Positions 1 to 7,595 of a DNA stretch of 64,000 nt are shown piece after piece. The position numbers were made by a program, and so were the translations under genes. The number at the start of each line of letters is the position of its first letter. Positions within the stretch are counted from its first letter, which is position 1. The DNA comes from Pseudomonadota bacterium (lineage in GTDB: Bacteria > Pseudomonadota > Alphaproteobacteria > Rickettsiales > SXRF01): contig CAUJHR010000008.1 in assembly GCA_963205195.1 (NCBI GenBank), forward strand, positions 2,329 to 66,328, in the 5' to 3' direction. The notes beneath the pieces were generated by a model. It did not search any database. It was not told the DNA's origin and was given only the letters and a program-made list of their open reading frames with translations.

Positions 1-65
1 CAGGCCTTATCAAGGCCGTTAAACACAGCGGCTACCGCTGGCAAGAACTATTATAACGGGCGAAT

Positions 66-836
66 ATGAAGATTATCAGCTACAGCGACCTGCATCTCGA
101 ATTCGGCACGGACTTCCGGTCTCCCGTCGATACCGCCGCCGACCTGATGATCCTCGCGGGCGATATCATCACCTTCAAGAATTTCGATCCGCTCGAACGG
201 TTCCTGCACGGCTGGGAAAAACCGGTTCTCTACGTCACAGGCAACCATGAATACTATACCCATGAGCCGATGCAGGAAGGCGACGAGGCATTTAAGCAAT
301 GGCTGTCTGCGCGCCACCCAAACGTGACGTTGCTGCAGGATGAAGAAATCAGCATCGGCGGCGTTAATTTCTTCGGCGGCAGCATGTGGACGGATTTTTC
401 CGGCGCCAACCAGCGGGCAATGGTAGCGGCGCAGCAGCAGATGAATGATTACCGCTACATCATGACGGCAAAGGGGAAGCTTTTACGGCCGGTCGATACC
501 GTCGATTTCCATGGGGCGTTCAAAAAGAAACTCCTGGCATGGTTCGAAAAGGACTTAACCGGCGCTCGCGTGGTCATCACGCACCATGCGCCGGTCGTGA
601 ATCCCGATACGCAGTATGGCAATAGCCCGCTGATGCCAGCCTTCAATTCACTGGACATGGTAGAGATCATCAAAAAGCATCAGCCCCAGCTTTGGGTGTA
701 CGGGCACACGCATGAATGTGATGATCACATGATCGGCAACACCAGAATCATCTCCAACCAGCTCGGCTATCCCAATCGTGGTGGTGGCTTCGAATGTGGG
801 CGTTTCGATAAGGCGGGTCTACAGGCCGATATTTAG
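66..836 (+). CDS. Calcineurin-like metallophosphoesterase
   Basis: 256-aa ORF with the ordered metallophosphoesterase motifs SDLHLE (DxH), AGDI (GD), GNHEYY (GNHE), ITHHAP and GHTHE. The coding sequence is visibly GC-richer than the rest of the window. Confidence 0.85.
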   Translation: MKIISYSDLHLEFGTDFRSPVDTAADLMILAGDIITFKNFDPLERFLHGWEKPVLYVTGNHEYYTHEPMQEGDEAFKQWLSARHPNVTLLQDEEISIGGVNFFGGSMWTDFSGANQRAMVAAQQQMNDYRYIMTAKGKLLRPVDTVDFHGAFKKKLLAWFEKDLTGARVVITHHAPVVNPDTQYGNSPLMPAFNSLDMVEIIKKHQPQLWVYGHTHECDDHMIGNTRIISNQLGYPNRGGGFECGRFDKAGLQADI

Positions 837-1201
837 TGGGAGGCCTTAAAACGATGCAAGTGTACCGCGCGCCATTCGACTTTTTCAGTCAGGATTATGG
901 TTGATTATCAACCCGCGTTGCATTTTCTGCACGTTCGTCATACAACTACACACCGCCATGTTCTTAACGCCAACTTTTGTATAGCCAAAAACTATGGCTG
1001 CGCGGAAGCTGTCTGCGCGTGCGGTTCTCAGCGTTATTTTGTCCGTACTTCGTTCCTGAAAAACTACCATTGATTTTCGATGGTACGGGCGAAAATATGC
1101 CCAGTCCTATACTCTCGAAAATAGCGGTACGGATTCATTTAGTCAGGACAATCAGTAGATTGCCATAGATGCACATATAGCGAAGTTGTCACCAAACTAC
1201 G

Positions 1202-1792
1202 CTACCAGCAGTTTGTATGAACGTAGCGCCCCTGCCTGTACGATGTGCAATCAATATTGTTGTTCATCATGTTGTTCATGCGATTTTGAGAGGCTATGTT
1301 TTCCTGAGCCTGTATCGCCTGCTGTTGCAGGAAATAATTTTGCAGCATTTGTGATGCTGCTATTCTGCGATTAGCCTCAATTTGTTGGCTTGCCACTTGT
1401 TGTTGGGCTGCCAACGCCTCTTGCTGTTGTTGTTCTTGTTTTCTAGCCATTTCGACTTGCATCATACACGCCGCAAAATCTTTTGTGCCTTTTGCAAACC
1501 CGTAATCTTTGCACTTTGCGCCGTCAGCCTCCAATTGCTTTCTCTTCGCCTCTTTCTGGGCTTTTATCATTTCCTTATTTCGCCGTTCGACTTCCTTAGC
1601 CCATTCTTTCTCTTGGCGAGCAACTTCTTTTTTATAGGCCGCCATCGCGCTGGTAATACAATCGTTATATTCCTTGTCTACATATCCGGCCTCTGAGCAT
1701 TTTTCTGCAATCTGCTCTTCTGGAGACTTGTAGGTGTACTGCGGCGCACACGCAGCAAGCAGTGGCAATAATAAAAGGACGATGTAACGCAT
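1202..1792 (-). CDS. Hypothetical lipoprotein, K/E/Q-rich coiled-coil-like
   Basis: N-terminus MRYIVLLLLPLLAAC is a signal peptide plus lipobox. The body is charged and Q-rich (QEQQQQEALAAQQQ). No family recognised. Confidence 0.65.
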   Translation of the reverse strand: MRYIVLLLLPLLAACAPQYTYKSPEEQIAEKCSEAGYVDKEYNDCITSAMAAYKKEVARQEKEWAKEVERRNKEMIKAQKEAKRKQLEADGAKCKDYGFAKGTKDFAACMMQVEMARKQEQQQQEALAAQQQVASQQIEANRRIAASQMLQNYFLQQQAIQAQENIASQNRMNNMMNNNIDCTSYRQGRYVHTNCW

Positions 1793-1811
1793 GGCTTTCT
1801 CCCCTGAGAGG

Positions 1812-2288
1812 CTATTTATTGATCTCTTTAAACAGATTTAACGCGTTTTTCCAATCGCTTTCGTTGGGTTGCTTAATGTCAATGTCACGCGGCGCGCTAC
1901 GCGAAGTGCCGTTTGCAATATAGCGGGCAAGCTGAGAGGCGCTTTTGAATAACTTTCCTTCGTATTTAATTTTCCCATTTTCAACAACAGCGTATTTATA
2001 ATCCGCATGGGGTGCCTTCATTCTTAATTGAGCACCATGAAATAATCTGATCGGTTGCCTATATTGCGGGTGTTTCCAAACAAGTTCTTTGTATGTAGTT
2101 TCTTTTTTTTCCTCTTTTACAATCTCAGGAAAGAATACATCACCTTTCCATGCAGCATTATCAATTCCGTAATCGATAAATTGCTGGATGACGCTGCTCG
2201 GCGAGCGTCCCACACCTTTTTTCTCTAGAAGGCGCTGCACTTCCAAATATTGAGATTCGGCGATAGGTACAAAGATCGTATCAGACAT
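1812..2288 (-). CDS. Hypothetical protein with RAMA/DUF4357-like C-terminal region
   Basis: The track ORF is 1812-2300. I prefer the ATG at 2288 (MSDTIF) because GGAGAG lies 4 nt upstream. The C-terminal stretch YKYAVVENGKIKYEGKLFKSASQLARYIANGTSRSAP follows the pattern of restriction-enzyme/methylase-associated RAMA-type domains. This rests on pattern memory only. Confidence 0.55.
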   Translation of the reverse strand: MSDTIFVPIAESQYLEVQRLLEKKGVGRSPSSVIQQFIDYGIDNAAWKGDVFFPEIVKEEKKETTYKELVWKHPQYRQPIRLFHGAQLRMKAPHADYKYAVVENGKIKYEGKLFKSASQLARYIANGTSRSAPRDIDIKQPNESDWKNALNLFKEINK

Positions 2289-2691
2289 ATAACTCTCCAA
2301 TGATTATATGCCGATTATACATCGCCGAAACTGCAAATCAACTATTAAATCTATAATAATTATATAATATTGTAATATAATAATAAATTATAGACTATCT
2401 ACTATGATGGGAATTGTTGTAGCTCATAAAACAACGCCAACCATAATACCGTCTAATCGACCACATCCACCCAAAATTCTCTCGCATAATCAATGGCAGC
2501 GTTTATCGTTCGTCCGGCGTGATAGCGCCACACACCGCCATATCAATTTTGGTGATTTCATAAAGTATATAACCAAATTATATAGAATTCTTTTAATCAT
2601 TGCTCATAAATCAAATGGATTATTTATTGCTTAAGCTTAATTATTAAGCAATTCCCAACAGGGATTTCTATAAACAATTCATGGAGATTTT

Positions 2692-3009
2692 ATGAAAAAT
2701 ATTTTTACTGCACTGCTTATTTCTACGACCTTCATTTCACCAGCTTTTGCGGTTGATGTAACCGGTGTAACTAACACAACTACAGATGTTATAACCAACC
2801 AGGATTCAGGTATTTCACTTTCTGGTAAAGCAAAAATTCTGCCACATGCCACCGTTTCTACGGGAGATAATACAGCCACTACAGATGTACGCACTTCAGT
2901 TGATACTGATACTAATGCTTCTGCAGGATCTGGAACCAACGTTGAAAGCAATAACAGCTATCATAAAGAAAAAGTGAAAGGCCATAAATACGGCCATGAC
3001 AAGCATTAA
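2692..3009 (+). CDS. Small secreted T/S/D-rich protein with H/K-rich tail
   Basis: Signal peptide MKNIFTALLISTTFISPAFA. GGAG lies 7 nt upstream of the ATG. Low-complexity mature part ends in HKEKVKGHKYGHDKH. Similar in design to ORF 46030-46473. Confidence 0.6.
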   Translation: MKNIFTALLISTTFISPAFAVDVTGVTNTTTDVITNQDSGISLSGKAKILPHATVSTGDNTATTDVRTSVDTDTNASAGSGTNVESNNSYHKEKVKGHKYGHDKH

Positions 3010-3062
3010 TCATAGACGCTCTTTAAAAACTCCGGGCCACAATCCCAGCGTTTTCATTTTAA

Positions 3063-3680
3063 TTAGCTGGTAGCTGTTTGAAAGGCAGCATGCTCCGGGC
3101 AATCGAGGCGGATATTTTCAACTGCCAGCGGTTTTTGCATCAGGTTGCAAAAATGCGGATTGCCTCCGGGGTGTTCCTTGCCAAAATGCCTGCAGTTATG
3201 GCACATACGCATGGGTATTATTTCTGTTTCCTGTAAATGGCCAATAAGCAGGAGCATACCTTCCCATATTTTATTTATTTCCACTTGCGGCACATTATCC
3301 AGGGATGCCTGGAAAAAATCACTAACCCCTGAGAGTTTACCCGTGTATTTACTGCCGGTTGCACTAAGTGTGAGCAGGAAGCCGCGGGCATCATCACCAG
3401 TGTTCTTTTTCAGAAGGTCTTTTTCCAGCAAAACTTTTACTGCATCACTTATAGTAGCTTTAGTTACAGCAAACTCACGCGCTATGGCTGTAACACTGCA
3501 TTGTTTTGTATCATGGAAGGCAATGAATAATAATATCTGCACCTGCAATGGGCTTAGGTTATATTGTTTTGCTTCTTCCCATAACGCTGCACGGAATAAT
3601 GTTGATAATCGCTCCAGCCCTACGATAATTTTCGCACGCTGGTTTGCCTGATGCCCATTCCTGTCAAAAACACTGCCCAT
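3063..3680 (-). CDS. MarR-family transcriptional regulator with C-terminal 4-Cys extension
   Basis: The winged-HTH region LSPLQVQILLFIAFHDTKQCSVTAIAREFAVTKATISDAVKVLLEKDLL is typical MarR. An extra C-terminal segment reads CHNCRHFGKEHPGGNPHFCNLMQKPLAVENIRLDCPEH. The start overlaps the upstream stop at 3680. Confidence 0.85.
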   Translation of the reverse strand: MGSVFDRNGHQANQRAKIIVGLERLSTLFRAALWEEAKQYNLSPLQVQILLFIAFHDTKQCSVTAIAREFAVTKATISDAVKVLLEKDLLKKNTGDDARGFLLTLSATGSKYTGKLSGVSDFFQASLDNVPQVEINKIWEGMLLLIGHLQETEIIPMRMCHNCRHFGKEHPGGNPHFCNLMQKPLAVENIRLDCPEHAAFQTATS

Positions 3681-4153
3681 TATCCCTGCTTTTCCAATAT
3701 TAATTTCATAAGCTCGGCCCCTATCAACAAATCTGGAATATGTCCGAATTGCTGTGTGCGGAGCTTTCCCTCCCTGTCGATAAGAAGCGTGGTAGGTGTT
3801 CCCTGCATTTGGTATAGCGCCATGGTTTGCGGTATTGGGTGATTTTCCGATGGCATATCTATAGCAACTGGAAAGGCAATTCTATATTCATGCAAGAAAG
3901 CTTTGAGTGATACTTCCTGCATGGCAGCGTGATGTTCAAATACCGTATGCAGGCCTATAAGCGCAAGGTCATTTTCAGGAAATGATGCAAAAATTTTCTT
4001 AGCCTGTGGTATGGCTTCTGATACACAGCCGGGACATAACATTTGGAAAGCAACAACCATTACCACCTTGCCGCGCAAGGATTCAAGGCTAAGCGGGGAT
4101 CTATTCAGCCACTTGCTTACAATCAATTCTGGTGCGGATGTTAAATTCTGCAT
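3680..4153 (-). CDS. TlpA/AhpC-TSA-like thiol-disulfide oxidoreductase (redoxin)
   Basis: 157-aa thioredoxin-fold ORF with CPGC active-site motif (VVAFQMLCPGCVSEAIP). Confidence 0.8.
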   Translation of the reverse strand: MQNLTSAPELIVSKWLNRSPLSLESLRGKVVMVVAFQMLCPGCVSEAIPQAKKIFASFPENDLALIGLHTVFEHHAAMQEVSLKAFLHEYRIAFPVAIDMPSENHPIPQTMALYQMQGTPTTLLIDREGKLRTQQFGHIPDLLIGAELMKLILEKQG

Positions 4154-4164
4154 ATATTTAATTT

Positions 4165-4434
4165 CTAATGGGGTTCGGGACAGCCTTCCATTTGCAATAT
4201 AAAATGTCCGTGTTTTTCTATAAAGTCTTTTATTTCACCGTCTGCATCCTGCGAATGGCAAAAATTGCAACGCTCCTGCTTTAATAACTCTAAAGGCTCC
4301 CCGATTTCCTTCAAGAATTCCCTTGCGAATTTCAGTGCAGTTTCCTTTGTCCCACCGCTTGGAAGCAAAACATCAAAATGTATTATGCGCCCATTCCTGG
4401 ATTTAGAGTATGTGTCATAAACATCAATTATCAT
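4165..4434 (-). CDS. DUF2024-family protein
   Basis: 89 aa. MIIDVYDTYSKSRNGRIIHFDVLLP ... CNFCHSQ ... ILQMEGC matches my memory of the DUF2024 family pattern. Confidence 0.7.
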   Translation of the reverse strand: MIIDVYDTYSKSRNGRIIHFDVLLPSGGTKETALKFAREFLKEIGEPLELLKQERCNFCHSQDADGEIKDFIEKHGHFILQMEGCPEPH

Positions 4435-4455
4435 ATATGCACCTGTAGATAATGG

Positions 4456-4485
4456 CTATAAACCCGCATTCCTGCGGGTTTATAG
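4456..4485 (-). promoter_or_regulatory. Intercistronic perfect 13-bp stem-loop
   Basis: ctataaacccgca / ttcc / tgcgggtttatag lies between the stop of 4494-4742 and the start of 4165-4434. No U-run follows on the minus strand, so it is not a canonical intrinsic terminator. Confidence 0.4.
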
Positions 4486-4493
4486 GATTGGAT

Positions 4494-4742
4494 TTAAGCA
4501 ACAGCCTTCTTTACATCTTCCATGCTGGCGCCATAATTAATGTGCAGCACATTGCCATCGATAACTAAGGCCGGAACCGATTTAACCCCAAGCTTTTCAG
4601 CTTCGGCGATACGTTCCTTAGCATTACCAAAATGCACTACCTCAAGATTGACCTTATCCCGGTCTATAAGATCTAAAACCTGATTTTCAGCAGAAACACA
4701 GACCGGGCAGCCGGCGTGATAAAATGTAGCGTTGCTTGTCAT
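4494..4742 (-). CDS. Small thioredoxin/glutaredoxin-like protein (CPVC)
   Basis: 82 aa. FYHAGCPVCVSAE near the N-terminus and VPALVIDG later give the thioredoxin-fold signature. Confidence 0.75.
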   Translation of the reverse strand: MTSNATFYHAGCPVCVSAENQVLDLIDRDKVNLEVVHFGNAKERIAEAEKLGVKSVPALVIDGNVLHINYGASMEDVKKAVA

Positions 4743-4786
4743 AAAAACTCCTGATTAATTTAAAATTGCTATTTTTTTTCCTATAG

Positions 4787-4799
4787 TTAGGAATCCTAA
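4787..4799. promoter_or_regulatory. Palindrome TTAGGA-A-TCCTAA, candidate MarR operator
   Basis: Perfect 6+1+6 palindrome about 45 nt upstream of the first gene of the redox operon, in the divergent intergenic region shared with 4871-5566. Confidence 0.3.
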
Positions 4800-4870
4800 T
4801 AATATTTAAATACACATTATTGTCAATAAGCTATTTTCAGTTATAATTTTACAAAGAACCAAGGATTGCT

Positions 4871-5566
4871 ATGAAAATTCATTATATACAGCATGTTAAC
4901 TTCGAGGGATTGGGTCTTATCGCTAAATGGGCGCAGGTTCGGAATTATAGTATTTCAGGAACTAAATTTTATAAAAAATATAAATTACCTTCCACAGATG
5001 ATTATGATGCGCTGGTCATTATGGGTGGCCCCATGAGTGTTCATGAAACTGCTGATCATAATTGGCTGGAGCCGGAAAAAGAACATATCAGGCAGGCAAT
5101 CAATGCAGGAAAGCATGTTCTTGGGATTTGCCTTGGCGCACAATTGATAGCCGATGTTTTAGGAGCTAAGGTATGCAAAGCCCATGCAAAAGAAATTGGC
5201 TGGTTTCCCATTGCATGGAGCGATGCGGCTATGGGACATAGAATAATTGCAGGCCTTAACTCCACCATTAATGTCATGCATTGGCATGGCGAGGAATTTG
5301 CAATTCCAGAAGATGCCCTGCATATAGCATCAAGCAAAGCATGCGCGAACCAGGCATTTCTTTATAAAGAACGGGTGCTGGGCTTGCAATTCCATATGGA
5401 AATGGACGCAGGCGCAATTGAAGATTTAATTGAAAATTGTGGTGATGAAATTGCCAAACCATTCCCATCAATCCAAACAGCAAAAGTAATCCGGGAAAAC
5501 ATGAATAATATCCACTCCTGCGAAAGCGCGCTGTTCAAATTGCTGGATAATTGGATAATTAGCTAA
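4871..5566 (+). CDS. Class I glutamine amidotransferase (GuaA-like GATase1 domain protein)
   Basis: LVIMGGPMSV, nucleophile elbow LGICLGAQL, and HWHGEEF / QFHME histidine region. Confidence 0.85.
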   Translation: MKIHYIQHVNFEGLGLIAKWAQVRNYSISGTKFYKKYKLPSTDDYDALVIMGGPMSVHETADHNWLEPEKEHIRQAINAGKHVLGICLGAQLIADVLGAKVCKAHAKEIGWFPIAWSDAAMGHRIIAGLNSTINVMHWHGEEFAIPEDALHIASSKACANQAFLYKERVLGLQFHMEMDAGAIEDLIENCGDEIAKPFPSIQTAKVIRENMNNIHSCESALFKLLDNWIIS

Positions 5567-5784
5567 CTTTTAAGATGAACATACTTGGCAAGATTTATGC
5601 CTTTACGCAGTTCGGTTTTGTATGACTCCGGCAACCCAGCTCCCACAACAACATCCTTTGCAGACATATTGGCGATGTGATCCGCATATTTGATTGCAAA
5701 GAGATGGATAGATAAAGCCTTTTCTTTCTCAGGTGCTTTTCCATACATTTCTGCCAATAGTTTTGATGCCTGCTTAAGAGTCAT
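5563..5784 (-). CDS. Hypothetical 73-aa protein coupled to the DUF262-DUF1524 gene
   Basis: The start codon overlaps the stop of 5784-7550. No catalytic motif recognised. Helical and basic (SIHLFAIKYADHI ... ELRKGINLAKYV). Confidence 0.55.
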   Translation of the reverse strand: MTLKQASKLLAEMYGKAPEKEKALSIHLFAIKYADHIANMSAKDVVVGAGLPESYKTELRKGINLAKYVHLKS

Positions 5785-7550
5785 TACGCCGCTTCACTCA
5801 AAATGTTCATTTTCTCATGGAAAGAATAATGTTCCTTGAGTTTCTTAACACATTCCTTGTGGTTGTGTTCTAAGGCAAACGCATCCCACTTGTCGTTCTG
5901 ATTAAGAACATGCAGTGAGTTTGGACATGTGTTAATTCTTTCTTTGAAATATTTTTCTTTTTTCTGCTTATAGTCCAACCTACCTTGGGAAGTGTTCTTT
6001 TTCATACTTATCAGAACCAGATTACCAAGTGTGTTGGTTAAGTTTTTTCTCTGTTCTTCAGTAAAATCTTTACACCATTGGCTATCTGCCGCTGGGTTTT
6101 GCGGTAAAATATGCTCAACAGAAATGGTCTCATGATTCATTTTATGGCTATGATCCTGATAGAGATAATCCAGTTTTAGAAGCACATAACGCGCAAAACG
6201 CCTGCCATAGATTCTGCCATTCAACTCGTTGAATAACTTATCCGCATCAAACATGAGCTTTTCTGATCCAAGGACATCTTCGAAGCGGCCTTTAGCGTCT
6301 ATCTCCTTGATAATATCGTTCATTGCCTCAATTCGAGCTGTTGGTGTTAATTGGATGATCCAGTCGGCTGAGAATTTGTTGTCAAGCAATGTCAGAAAAT
6401 CAAATATGGCCTTGCCATCAAACTTTTCGTAGTAATGCAATAATGGTGGAAGCCAATCTGTTGCAGGAAGACCAACAAACATTGTTTTGATAAGGTTATC
6501 AAATCTGAAATCACCTGTGATATCGTAATTATTTCCAGAAATGATTTGCTGATAGTTTTCCAAGTGTAGCTTTATAAACTCAAACGTTTCTTTACCCTTT
6601 TTAAGCAATGCAGGTTTCTTTTGGCTAGTTACCTTTTCTTTTTCTTTCGGGTCGTAGATTTTATCTTCATACTCCTGCAGAAGACTTAACCGTGCTTTTT
6701 CTTTAACCAGAATTGTTCTTACATAACTAAGAAAGCGATCAAAATCCTCCCCTAATTCACTTTCTGCATTTTCCCATAAAGCAGCATATTTTTTCTTTTC
6801 TTGGTCTGTTTGCAACGCCCCAAGATTAATAGACTTCAAAATATCGCTGTTGCGAAGCGGCATACCACGATTATTGAGAATTGTAAAAAGCCTGAAAGCA
6901 TCTTCTAGATTTTCAGTAGAAACATAAATCATAAGAAGATTATTAAAAAGAAAATCAAAATACTCTTCTGGTTTGACCTGTTCTTTCTTTTCATCAAAAA
7001 ACTGGTTTATGAAGCGCGTGGCCCTTGCCATATTCCTCACAGAGATATCCTGAGCTTTTTCTTCATATTGTCGCAACTTATCACTATTTTGAGTAAAGCC
7101 TTTGTTTTTTGATAAATTATCAATAAAATCTATGGCTTCCTGCCTAATCTCAAAAACTATCCTAGAACGCTCAGGTATTCTTTTGAATTTATTAGCGGCT
7201 TGGAAAATGCACTGCTGGCATCCATCTGCAGCTTCCTGGTCTTTTACACGATCTCTCAATACCGAGAATATTAACAATATTGTAGTTATTCGCTGCTGAC
7301 CGTCCAATAGGTCGTTTTCTGTATACTCAATACCGTCACTGCTATTTTTTTTATGAGATTGAAAAACGAATGAGCCCAAGAAGTATTCCGAGTCAGACTT
7401 CTCAAGCATGGCGTAGCAAGTATCTTCCAAAAGTTCCGTTACCTGGTCGCTGCCCCAGACATAAGGACGTTGGTATTCTGGTATCCGAAACCACATTTCA
7501 GAGAAAATTTTTCCTACAAATATTTTCTCGCTCTTTATTTCATTTTTCAT
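5784..7550 (-). CDS. DUF262-DUF1524 (GmrSD-like) putative type IV restriction endonuclease
   Basis: N-terminal DUF262 motifs EYQRPYVWG and LLDGQQRITT. C-terminal DUF1524/His-Me motifs SVEHILPQN and LGNLVLISMKKNTSQG. AT-richer than its neighbours. Confidence 0.85.
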   Translation of the reverse strand: MKNEIKSEKIFVGKIFSEMWFRIPEYQRPYVWGSDQVTELLEDTCYAMLEKSDSEYFLGSFVFQSHKKNSSDGIEYTENDLLDGQQRITTILLIFSVLRDRVKDQEAADGCQQCIFQAANKFKRIPERSRIVFEIRQEAIDFIDNLSKNKGFTQNSDKLRQYEEKAQDISVRNMARATRFINQFFDEKKEQVKPEEYFDFLFNNLLMIYVSTENLEDAFRLFTILNNRGMPLRNSDILKSINLGALQTDQEKKKYAALWENAESELGEDFDRFLSYVRTILVKEKARLSLLQEYEDKIYDPKEKEKVTSQKKPALLKKGKETFEFIKLHLENYQQIISGNNYDITGDFRFDNLIKTMFVGLPATDWLPPLLHYYEKFDGKAIFDFLTLLDNKFSADWIIQLTPTARIEAMNDIIKEIDAKGRFEDVLGSEKLMFDADKLFNELNGRIYGRRFARYVLLKLDYLYQDHSHKMNHETISVEHILPQNPAADSQWCKDFTEEQRKNLTNTLGNLVLISMKKNTSQGRLDYKQKKEKYFKERINTCPNSLHVLNQNDKWDAFALEHNHKECVKKLKEHYSFHEKMNILSEAA

Positions 7551-7595
7551 CTACCGCATGCTTTCATTAGCAAGTCTTTTTATATAATAGAAAAT

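Noticed and set aside
2404-2634. Track ORF 2404-2634 (76 aa, plus strand).
   Set aside because: It has no RBS and an implausible composition. The region is better explained as a degraded remnant read on the minus strand (see finding 1812-2640).
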